A stretch of DNA of 56,419 nucleotides from a virus (taxonomy: Duplodnaviria > Caudoviricetes). Both the position numbers and the translations under genes were made by a program. The DNA lies in IMG/VR virus record IMGVR_UViG_3300006802_000112, positions 1 through 56,419 of that record. One strand, 5' to 3'. This document shows positions 37,701-46,009 of the stretch, piece by piece (the first letter of the stretch is position 1; every line of letters starts with the position of its first letter). The notes below the pieces were generated by a model, which was not told the origin of the DNA, searched no databases, and worked only from the letters and a program-made list of their open reading frames with translations.

Positions 37701-39945
37701 TAGCTTTTTCTTTTAAGTAATCTAGTCTTTTTTGTTTTTGTTTTCTTTCTGCTATTTTAGATTTTTGTTCTTCAGAAAGATTTTCAAAAAACATCATATG
37801 GCTAAATAAGCCCTCTTGTCCAACAATTTGATCTATTTGTTTTGCTACTTGTTCGGCAGCATCAATTGCTCTTTCTCCTAAATATATATTATATGTTACA
37901 GCATCTTTAATTTGCCTTTTTTCACCATTTGGAAGTTCAATAGAGTCAATTCCTAGAGCATCTGTTACCTTGTTTGCGAATGTGTAACTTTTTAAGTTTT
38001 GTTTAAATTGTGATTTTAAATTTGCTTTATAATCTTCTACTGATATGTTTGCATTATCTAACATTTCTTTTGAAGATTTATCAAGCTCCATGTTATCAAT
38101 AACAGCCTCATAGTCTTGAATCATATCAGATTTAGACTTTACTCCTTCCTGTGATCTTATAAATTGATAATTTGTGTAAGCATCCTCTACTGTTAATTCT
38201 ATGTCTGTTTCAGCTCCAGATTGTGTAAGGTTTACAAAATTTCTTATTGAAGATGCTCTATTTAAATTTGTTATATTTTCTATACCTGAATTAGCATATT
38301 CAAGTTGTTTTTCTTTTTGTTGTTGTAAAGATTTTCTGCTTAATTTTCCAAAGCCTTCGAATGCAGTACCCTCTTTTATTGATTTTGGATTAGATACAGC
38401 TCCACCGACCATACCAATAAGCATTCCTATAACAACTTCTTTTAAACCTGCTGTTTCTGTATATTGTTTTTCAAATGCATATGGCAACATACTAAACATA
38501 GATTCTGCTTCAGTAGCAGTTGGGTCATACATTGTTTGAAGATATGATTGCATACTACTTCCAGCTACACCTTGTAATCCTTCTTCAAATACACCTTCAT
38601 AAAATGGTTTTCTAAGTATAAGATAAGAGTTTCCTAAGAATTTTTGTGCTTTATTTGCACCTCTCATTGACATTTTACCTAGCTTATCAGTTTTTGTCCC
38701 AAGCCCAATTATTCTATTTCCTATTTTGTTTGTATGGTCTAGAGCTTGTTTTATGCCTGGTATTTTACCAATTCCTAATGACTTACCAAACATAACAGAG
38801 TTTGACACTCCTAATATTGCCATGTTAGATGTAAAGACTGAATTACCAGCGTTAACAGCTGAATTCATAAATTCACTTATTTCTTCTGGGCTAGGTTCTC
38901 TACCATTTTTTTCTTTAAATTCACTATAAAAAGTATCTACACTTTGATGTAAATTATGTCTAGCTTCCATTCCAGCTTCAAATCCAGATGACCTAGCTAA
39001 AAAAGCAGCTGTGGATGTTATATCTCCTACTTGTTTTCCAAAAATGGCTCTATGGCCACCTCTTATTATATCTCTACCTTTATTGAATTTTGTGGCATCA
39101 CCTATAGCTTTAAGTGTTTTGCCTAAAACAGTTTTTTTAGCAGTTGTTTTTACTCCTTGCTTTATTCCTTGTTTAACTGCAGATTTCAATACAGTTGAAG
39201 CACCTGCTTTAGCTAACGAAACACCTAGAGATGAGCCTCCTGTTGCTATTCCTATTGCAACCTCTGGTAATACAGCTCCACCTACAAATGCTAAACCTCC
39301 AGCAAAATCGTTAGCCCAAAAATTTGCTGTTCCCATGCTTTCTAATACTCCCATGGCTCTTTCTTCATCGGAGTAGTAATTTGGCATTGCGTTATCTAGT
39401 TGCTTATTTATATCATCTAAATAATTTGAAAATTCATTGTCCCATACTTGATTAAACTCTCCATTTGCTATACCATTGTATATACCATAACCTAAACCAA
39501 CTGTTGCATCAAGTGCATAAATTGGTACTTTAATCATGTTTTTTGTTACACCATTTATCCATTTTTGCCAAGTTGACTGATCTTGTGCTAACCTATCTTC
39601 GTTGCCAAAAGCACCTCTGTATGTATCATATTTTTTTACATAACTTCCATCACTTAATCTATCATATATTGCTTCTAATGGAACATCTCTTTTGGCTACA
39701 TCGAATTGTCTAAAACCTTCTCTTTCAGGTAATTTTGATGGTGCATAGAATTGTTCTGAGATTGCTGATTCTTTTTGTTTTTTATCAAGTCCTAGATAAT
39801 CCCTAATGCTATCATCTAAAAATGGACTTTCTTTTCCACTTTCTGTAAATTTACTAGTCTGAGTAAATCCAAATGGACTTTCTTTTCCACTTTCTGTAAA
39901 TTTGCTAGTCTGAATAAATCCGAAACCTTTATCGTCTATTGCCAT
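34705..39945 (-). CDS. Giant putative ejection protein (1746 aa) with Gly/Ala-rich hydrophobic helices and coiled coils
   Basis: FAGGLAFVGGAVLPEVAIGIATGG, EAGMEAR, EGVFEEGLQG, IGMLIGMVGG; only Cys is the last residue. Confidence 0.7.
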   Translation of the reverse strand: MAIDDKGFGFIQTSKFTESGKESPFGFTQTSKFTESGKESPFLDDSIRDYLGLDKKQKESAISEQFYAPSKLPEREGFRQFDVAKRDVPLEAIYDRLSDGSYVKKYDTYRGAFGNEDRLAQDQSTWQKWINGVTKNMIKVPIYALDATVGLGYGIYNGIANGEFNQVWDNEFSNYLDDINKQLDNAMPNYYSDEERAMGVLESMGTANFWANDFAGGLAFVGGAVLPEVAIGIATGGSSLGVSLAKAGASTVLKSAVKQGIKQGVKTTAKKTVLGKTLKAIGDATKFNKGRDIIRGGHRAIFGKQVGDITSTAAFLARSSGFEAGMEARHNLHQSVDTFYSEFKEKNGREPSPEEISEFMNSAVNAGNSVFTSNMAILGVSNSVMFGKSLGIGKIPGIKQALDHTNKIGNRIIGLGTKTDKLGKMSMRGANKAQKFLGNSYLILRKPFYEGVFEEGLQGVAGSSMQSYLQTMYDPTATEAESMFSMLPYAFEKQYTETAGLKEVVIGMLIGMVGGAVSNPKSIKEGTAFEGFGKLSRKSLQQQKEKQLEYANSGIENITNLNRASSIRNFVNLTQSGAETDIELTVEDAYTNYQFIRSQEGVKSKSDMIQDYEAVIDNMELDKSSKEMLDNANISVEDYKANLKSQFKQNLKSYTFANKVTDALGIDSIELPNGEKRQIKDAVTYNIYLGERAIDAAEQVAKQIDQIVGQEGLFSHMMFFENLSEEQKSKIAERKQKQKRLDYLKEKAREYGSWLTTNQRPSRLKRDLKTETLDKKVKDYSEKLVLVNQQTAQLQREIDNLDEVLNSEFKKSNFSFNEKLKSLSLEEMDMATAIEELSKLDKYAEDLEKSGNKFEAESLDYLITQFKTLANHHRNTDLMLRDLYETDYFSSKDGRTFLEKMVGKKYKMSEEFKKIVRENNDTIDNSLKRVGLKRNELIDQKTEEVFKEVLEENKEIPERQKYKIESMFRLLIAQAEATAVAKAIIEQNEVIKTSAEKSSEKRTPLDGDTIVLKQALDLKLEDLTSLDKINEAIDKMTEAIDNVMAREDINAERIEQLNERKEALEKLKERAKTEKVTTEELLLETLKQDLAEEERRVREGVGNEEMVEDIKNDIANLEKALEEDNTKEAREEELARLDEDIKIIEEEIEALKKPFKITQSEDYLRYLELAKEKENRNLTNQEKLEFEALEREIDQWLLFTGAIYQGFRLSDLVREKALLEEIEVAKEGDVSTVEKNDTEVQEEYFPESNTNANYEYSLTYDVVVASGTKDGVKLHNINLEQLQEMIGFRIDPSTISYDEKGNIILSLGTINRINKESNLRILPDGGTFSIVLEMLPSAKEGDPNRLYPLKSQFSEEFNNSEGHDITAIYDLEQGAEITLEIDPNDPYNRELIDEYNSAETEEQKAEVKDKIKKKILIRATSRVKDSEGNTQKAHVGTLKGFNNGRKNKDNDLTFEALRSAIVDNNAQFEEFLRGEGKIDVRVESLDKDGNIIFSEPTITVGKTLLGRINYNFYETETGLVVREKEISEEEAKNVIDLGYIQGDEVKTKNGTSPRLSYLSKLKKSGKKVPFVVIRKGTHDIAIPVNVNERMSSSTQDFQDIWNSDTNMDDKIFALNRYLADKGVDIKVSGKGFSLLDTETHTQEFFNQKLAELQNMKYFYDLDNWVKKDTDMIETLKNEVRVNFDLTNPIHSPKLLLNYSQVNLAKPDNILSSENIGEAQRDSDALKYLKLSPEERAKIDEEKNNEC
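39820..39921 (-). repeat. 51-bp tandem duplication (GF[IT]QTSKFTESGKESPF x2)
   Basis: Copies 39820-39870 and 39871-39921 with few mismatches. Confidence 0.9.
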
Positions 39946-39966
39946 AGTTAATTAAATTTTTATAAT

Positions 39967-42900
39967 CTATTCTCTAGTAATTATTGGAATAGTTCCGTCT
40001 CTTTTCGTTTGATTAAGTAATGCATTGGTTTGTACTTTTATCTCTTGCATCTCTAATAGGGTTTGTTCTAGAAATTTATACATTAACTCAGATGAGAACT
40101 GCTTTGATGCTGCCATGAAGTCTGCGACTTGTTTTGAATTTAACATTTTTGTTGGTTGATTATCTCTATCTCTTAATATTTGAATTGGTTGTGGTCCTGT
40201 AGCTGTATAGATTACTCCATAGTAATTATAATTTCCACTATTGTTGATGTCTAATGCTTCAATTCCAAATTTAAAATCGCCGTTTTTATAACCTCTTATT
40301 GCCTCCTCAGTCATGTTAACAGCATCCTCTCCTATTAAATTTGACATTGATTTTAAATCATTAATATTGGCTAAAAATAAGTCTTTATTTGAATCCTCAA
40401 TAGCTTGAGAATACCCAATTGATCCTCTACCTAAATATATTTTATTAGCTCCTGATTTTAAATCTGTATTATAATTAGTTACTTCAGTGTCTACTGGAAT
40501 ACTTATATTATTTCTATCTAAGTCTTCCTTTGTTATTATACCTTTTCCAGTATAACCATCTTCTTTTTGGCTCTTAGAAACTTGAGCTAATACTTCATAA
40601 TTACCGGTAGGTTGTCCATTTTCTAATTTAGGACTTACCTGTATTACACCTTTGTAACTTTGTGGTACAAATGGGTTACCTTCTAAATCTACAGCACTTG
40701 CTATTATGTTATCGTAGGCAGGGTCTTCAGAAGTAAATTTTACACCTCTTATAGTTAGGTAATTACTTGCTTCAGCAACACTCGATTTTGCTTTTTCTTC
40801 TAGTTCTTTTTGCCAATTTTTTATTAGCATTGTAGGAGAGTCTTGATCCTCGCCTAAACTAACTTCGTTTGCATCCCCTATTTGATATTCAACGTCACCT
40901 GCGGTTAATTCTGATAAGTAGTTGTCTTCGCCCCAGCCTTCTGTTTTATTCAAGACATTCTTAGTATTAGCTGTAATATCATTAATGTCTGTTATTAAAT
41001 TTCTAATTACTGATTCACTGTCTGCTTTAACTTCAGAACCCTCCTTTGATTGATTGTATTTATTATATGCGCTTGATAATTCTTTAAACTTATTTACTAA
41101 ATTTTTTCTACTACTATTAATATAAAAAGAATGACTAGGTTCATCGTATGTATTAAACTCAGGGTCTAAATTGGAAAGTCTATCAACGTCTAACCCCCAT
41201 TGCTTTAATTTATTTACATCGCCATAATAATCTCCAATCTGAATTGTGGTATACGCCTCTTCTCCTGAATCGTCAGATATTATAGCATATCTTTTTGTTG
41301 ACTCTCTAGCTATATCTAAATCATCTATTATTGATTGAGATACCTCCTGTGATACATCTTTAAGTATTTTATATTTAAGTGTGTGTTCTACAGTTTTGGT
41401 TACAGTTTCATCTGTGTCTTGATCGATAATCGTTTGTGATGCAAGAAGTAATTCTAAATTAAGTTTCTCATCTTTTGTTAAACTATTTAATGCTTTTTGT
41501 TCTCCTTTTTCAATTATAAGTTTTCCATACTTGTTTAATAATGGGAGATAAAACTCAGCACCATCTTCTGTATCAACTCTTTCATAAACACCTTTGTCAT
41601 TTTTTCTAATAAGAAAATTTGGAAAAATTAACTCTGTAGGGTCCATGTCAACTACAGCATCTTCTCCACCTGTTTCCATATAATAAGCAGCTGTAAGTTG
41701 GGCTAAAGTACTAGCCATATTGTCTATTTTATAAATGTTTGTATCATTATAAATATCCATGTATTTACCAGATAAAGCATTTTTTGCTGAAATAATTGAT
41801 GCTATATTTTCTGGAGTTAATTCTATAGTTTTACCATTAAAATCTGTAGTTCCTCCTATATTTGAAAGTAAGTTCTCTTCACTAAATACTGTATAAAAAT
41901 CAGATAAATTAGACTGGTCTAGTTCAATACCAAGTAGTTGTTCGGCATTACTTATAGCATCATTAGATAACTTTTCAATTGTTTCAAAAGGTGATGTTGG
42001 ATCGTCTTCATCAAGAGGTATTATGACTTCTTTACCCTCGAAAGCTGTTATATCATCTAAAGTTGATGTGGTTCCTTTTGTTTTTCCTTTTCCTTTTGTT
42101 TTTTTACTTTCTTCAACTTTAGTTAAAGCATCGTACATCTCTTTATCATTTTCGTAAACCTTTGTATCGGTAATGACATCATACGAGTATAAGTCTACAA
42201 AATTATCAATATAATCGTTTATATACAAAGATGTGTAAGCTGTTTCTTTATTTGAAACATCTAAGCCTCCAAATGGTTTGTCTTTTGCGTTTTGTAAATT
42301 TATTTTTGATTCTTCTAATTGATTTTGATAAAATTGTTTTTCGGCATCAGTTAGATTATCTGGATTACTAAGTAGAGATTCAAGTTTAGTAACATTATCT
42401 GCATATGCATCTATCTTTAAATTTTGTCTTTCTTTTGCAATATTAGAAATATCTTCGCTAGAGTAATTATCATATGTAGCCCAAGCATCTATACCTAACT
42501 GTCTAATTTCTTTTGGTCCAAGTAGAGAATTTAAAGCTTGCCTAACCCTCTCTGGTGTTGCTGCTTTTCTCTCATTTACATCTCTAAAAATAGAGCCTTC
42601 TACACCCTCTACTTCTACATATTCTAATTGATAGACATCTTTTAGGTCTTTCATACCTTCCCTAATTACATCGTCTACATCTATATATTCAATAACACCG
42701 CCACCACCATTATAAGCTGATCCGACTTTGCCATCTGATAACCATGATTGTGCTCCTTGTTGAGCAAATTGATAATTTTGTTCAGCATACTTGTCGGGAT
42801 TATCTTCTTTTAATTTGTTCCAAGCTGCTTTTTCGTTTCTATAAACTTTTGATGATAGTACAGCTGTTTTGACGTTTTCATCCAAAACTTGCCCCATATT

Positions 42901-43179
42901 TCTAATAAGTGATTGTGTTAAAGCATCACTTGATAAGTCCATATGGGTATATCTATTTGTTATTTCTTCAACCTTTTTTAATTTATCTACTAAGTAATCT
43001 TCATCTTCATCTTTAACTACATCTAACATTGAATACTTATCCAAAGTTGATTGTAATTTTTCCCTATTCTCATCATACTTACCCTGTTTGTACTTAAGGC
43101 CTTCTAATACCAAAGTTAAATCAGGAGTATATACTGGAAGACTTGCGTAATTATGTAAAGTACTATATGCACTAGCCAT
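39967..43179 (-). CDS. Large putative virion/ejection protein (1070 aa)
   Basis: Acidic, Cys-free by my reading, first gene after the promoter of the giant-gene operon. Confidence 0.65.
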   Translation of the reverse strand: MASAYSTLHNYASLPVYTPDLTLVLEGLKYKQGKYDENREKLQSTLDKYSMLDVVKDEDEDYLVDKLKKVEEITNRYTHMDLSSDALTQSLIRNMGQVLDENVKTAVLSSKVYRNEKAAWNKLKEDNPDKYAEQNYQFAQQGAQSWLSDGKVGSAYNGGGGVIEYIDVDDVIREGMKDLKDVYQLEYVEVEGVEGSIFRDVNERKAATPERVRQALNSLLGPKEIRQLGIDAWATYDNYSSEDISNIAKERQNLKIDAYADNVTKLESLLSNPDNLTDAEKQFYQNQLEESKINLQNAKDKPFGGLDVSNKETAYTSLYINDYIDNFVDLYSYDVITDTKVYENDKEMYDALTKVEESKKTKGKGKTKGTTSTLDDITAFEGKEVIIPLDEDDPTSPFETIEKLSNDAISNAEQLLGIELDQSNLSDFYTVFSEENLLSNIGGTTDFNGKTIELTPENIASIISAKNALSGKYMDIYNDTNIYKIDNMASTLAQLTAAYYMETGGEDAVVDMDPTELIFPNFLIRKNDKGVYERVDTEDGAEFYLPLLNKYGKLIIEKGEQKALNSLTKDEKLNLELLLASQTIIDQDTDETVTKTVEHTLKYKILKDVSQEVSQSIIDDLDIARESTKRYAIISDDSGEEAYTTIQIGDYYGDVNKLKQWGLDVDRLSNLDPEFNTYDEPSHSFYINSSRKNLVNKFKELSSAYNKYNQSKEGSEVKADSESVIRNLITDINDITANTKNVLNKTEGWGEDNYLSELTAGDVEYQIGDANEVSLGEDQDSPTMLIKNWQKELEEKAKSSVAEASNYLTIRGVKFTSEDPAYDNIIASAVDLEGNPFVPQSYKGVIQVSPKLENGQPTGNYEVLAQVSKSQKEDGYTGKGIITKEDLDRNNISIPVDTEVTNYNTDLKSGANKIYLGRGSIGYSQAIEDSNKDLFLANINDLKSMSNLIGEDAVNMTEEAIRGYKNGDFKFGIEALDINNSGNYNYYGVIYTATGPQPIQILRDRDNQPTKMLNSKQVADFMAASKQFSSELMYKFLEQTLLEMQEIKVQTNALLNQTKRDGTIPIITRE

Positions 43180-43204
43180 TTTCTCTAAAAATTATTAATA
43201 ACTA

Positions 43205-43212
43205 CAAATATA
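43205..43212 (-). promoter_or_regulatory. -7 promoter element TATATTTG
   Basis: TAnnTTTG match 25 nt upstream of ATG 43179. Confidence 0.55.
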
Positions 43213-43257
43213 TCAATTATATCAATATGATGAAAAAATATTAAATATTTTAACATA

Positions 43258-43288
43258 CAAAAAAACCAGACACAATATGTGACTGGTA
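43258..43288 (-). terminator. Intrinsic terminator
   Basis: Minus strand ACCAGTCACA-TAT-TGTGTCTGGT followed by T run. Confidence 0.7.
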
Positions 43289-43317
43289 TTATAACATTTT
43301 AATTTAAAATTGAATGG

Positions 43318-46008
43318 TTAAATTAGATTGTTGGCTACATATGTAAGGTAATCCCTTCTTTCTTCTATATCCATAGTATCTGTTGGGTCAAACTGAATCG
43401 TTTGTCCAAAGAAATCTGGATTAAACTGTGGGAATATACTAGCCATTAGATTCATTTTTCTATTGTAATCGTATGCAGCTAACGCTTGTTTGTTATTGTA
43501 CAACTCCCAATCCCTCATATCTTTATCTGTTTTATCTAATGCTGTAAAAGTTCTTGCCTCATATCCTAAAGCATTTTGTGCTCTTAACATACTTTCTTTA
43601 TCCCTTTGACCTGCATTGAATAAATCAGTTTGAGCTTGATTTTGCATATTCATTACATTGGTATCTCTGATTGCTTTTGCTTCAGCTCCCATAGCTGTGC
43701 CAGTTAATTGAGATAATGCAGATGCTCTTTGCACAGGATTTAAATCAGATAATTGATCTGTTGAGAAGCTTCTAGCATCAGATATAGCCTGTAATTGCTG
43801 TTCAGGGCTTAATTTTATTGGGTCTAATCTAGATAATCTAACCTCTGGAAATAATGTAGCTTGCATTCCCATTGGAGGTCTAACGTATTGATATGGATAC
43901 GCAAACATTCTAGGGAAATATGGCTTTGGAACATTTATATCTATCTCTTCTTCCTCTAGTGGTACTATTGTTTCATAGTCGGAGATAAAGAAGTCTGCAT
44001 CACCTAAATCACCTAATGTATCAAATCTAGCTTTTGTATCATCTGATAAAGAATTGTAAAATTCTTCGTCTGCTTTTACTTGCTTAGCTGTTGTATACCC
44101 TTTCTTCTTTGATTTTTCTATTTCTTCAGGTGTAAGTAAGTCTATATTTGGTAAATACCTTCCAGATGTAAATTCTCCTAGCTTACCTTCTACTTGTCTT
44201 ACTCTTTGTTGTTCTGTTAACTCTTCTAATGTGTCAGGTACAAATGTTTCTTCTTCTTTATATTTTGTAGCAGCATCTATTTCATCTTGACTTACGTTTA
44301 TTCTTCCACTTAGTATTAAATCAGCGGCGGCTCTCATGCGTGAGTCCATCCTTTTTTGTAAGGTTTTTACTTTTGGATTTACTGTATTTAATTTTATATC
44401 TTTATTAACTAGTTTTAATCTCCCCCCTTCAACTTTTACATCACTGCCAAAAACATCTAATACAATGTCTGGAAATTGTTTATACAATGCATTTAAAGCA
44501 TCTTCTGCATTTGCAATGTCTCCATATCCACCACCTTCTCCAGCACGTTTTTGTCCTCTAACATTTTCTTTATATAAAGGATTTTGTTCGTACTCTATAT
44601 CATAATCTATAGAGTCTCCATCTTGATATTTTTTTATATATCCACCATCTCTTTTTACTGATCTAAAAGATTCTAAGTATTCTTTAGGAGTTTTATTTTT
44701 TGATTCTACATTTTTCCCATATAGATTTGGGAATACTTCTTCTAGGGATTTATTATCTCTTACTACGTTACCAAAATATTTTCTAGTTCCTTGCCTTCCT
44801 AAAAAGTTTACAAGGGCTACAATGTCTTCATTTGAATAACCTGATAAGTCTACTTGATTTTGGTATTCATTAATTATATCTTTAGCATCTTGTTTTAATG
44901 AGTTTCCTCCAATACCAGTGTTATATCTATAATTAAATACTTTGTTTTGAGCCTCTTTATCTTTTGCGAATTGGTCTCTTGTTCCAGAATAAATATCGCT
45001 AGTTAACTCGTTATAAAGCTGACCAAATAAACCTGTGGCAGAGGAATTTGGATTTTTCATCAAAACACCATCAGCACTTTCAACATGTGAAATACCTTTT
45101 TTAAGGTAGTCCATATCAATAGTGAAATCATCTTTTTGTGGGACATTTATTACCTGGCCTACTTTTATTTTTTCTATGTTAATACCTGGATTAGCATTTG
45201 TTAGTTCATCGAACTTTAAACCATATTTGTTTGCTATTCCATAGAATGTTTCTCCTGATGATATAGTATGCTTACCAGCTTCTTGATATTTTGGTATTTG
45301 TCCTCCGTATTCATATTTTTTACCTGAGAGTGCTCTCATGCCTTCTTCAACGGTCATACCATTTTTTCTACAAATATCCTCGAACTTACTTCTTTTTAGT
45401 CCTCCATATTTGTACTCTCCATCTTCATTTTTTTCTTTTAAAGATTTTGTATCTTCTTGTTCATTGTAAAGAAGATCAAACATTTCTTTTTTATATTCTT
45501 CTAGCTCTTGTTTTTTTGTTTCTATATCGAATATCTTCTTTGACAGGAATTCTCTATTTACTGCTAGTGTGTTTCTATCTATTGATTTTTTATTAAGGAG
45601 CTTATTAAGTGCTTCAAAAGCTTCTTCTTGCTCTTGAACTACTTTCTCATAACCAATTTTTTTTAAGAAATTATCTAATACTTTTGAATATGTGTCTTTT
45701 TTTGAGACCTTCATATCAAAATTAGTTTCTAATTCTTTTCTTGTTTCTGGGGCTACTGTTAAATAATTAGATAACACTCTTGTTCCTTCAGGTAAATTCA
45801 TCATCATTCCACCATTAGAGTGTGTTTCTCCAATAGCTTTTTGAGTTGTTCCATCAGGATACATTATATACTCACCCTTCTCAATTTCAGCATTTGGTTC
45901 TACGCCAGTTTTTGGAGAAAGCTCCTTAGTGTAAGCATCGGTCATTAACTTTGGTAAGTCTTCTTGTCCTGCTCTTTCTATTTTATCTATATCGAACTCC
46001 TTAGCCAT
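43318..46008 (-). CDS. Modular cargo protein with LysM and lysozyme-like (SLT-like) domains
   Basis: N-terminal NAEIEKGE...GETHSNGG...RVLS domain; LysM HTISSGETFYGIANKYG...KVGQVINVP; SHVES...NPNSSATGLFGQ; Q/A-rich C-terminus; GG linkers. Confidence 0.75.
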   Translation of the reverse strand: MAKEFDIDKIERAGQEDLPKLMTDAYTKELSPKTGVEPNAEIEKGEYIMYPDGTTQKAIGETHSNGGMMMNLPEGTRVLSNYLTVAPETRKELETNFDMKVSKKDTYSKVLDNFLKKIGYEKVVQEQEEAFEALNKLLNKKSIDRNTLAVNREFLSKKIFDIETKKQELEEYKKEMFDLLYNEQEDTKSLKEKNEDGEYKYGGLKRSKFEDICRKNGMTVEEGMRALSGKKYEYGGQIPKYQEAGKHTISSGETFYGIANKYGLKFDELTNANPGINIEKIKVGQVINVPQKDDFTIDMDYLKKGISHVESADGVLMKNPNSSATGLFGQLYNELTSDIYSGTRDQFAKDKEAQNKVFNYRYNTGIGGNSLKQDAKDIINEYQNQVDLSGYSNEDIVALVNFLGRQGTRKYFGNVVRDNKSLEEVFPNLYGKNVESKNKTPKEYLESFRSVKRDGGYIKKYQDGDSIDYDIEYEQNPLYKENVRGQKRAGEGGGYGDIANAEDALNALYKQFPDIVLDVFGSDVKVEGGRLKLVNKDIKLNTVNPKVKTLQKRMDSRMRAAADLILSGRINVSQDEIDAATKYKEEETFVPDTLEELTEQQRVRQVEGKLGEFTSGRYLPNIDLLTPEEIEKSKKKGYTTAKQVKADEEFYNSLSDDTKARFDTLGDLGDADFFISDYETIVPLEEEEIDINVPKPYFPRMFAYPYQYVRPPMGMQATLFPEVRLSRLDPIKLSPEQQLQAISDARSFSTDQLSDLNPVQRASALSQLTGTAMGAEAKAIRDTNVMNMQNQAQTDLFNAGQRDKESMLRAQNALGYEARTFTALDKTDKDMRDWELYNNKQALAAYDYNRKMNLMASIFPQFNPDFFGQTIQFDPTDTMDIEERRDYLTYVANNLI

Positions 46009-46009
46009 A

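Noticed and set aside
34105-41430. DxDxD strings (DIDND, DQDTD) as RNAP active sites
   Set aside because: No D[FY]DxD context; expected by chance in very acidic proteins
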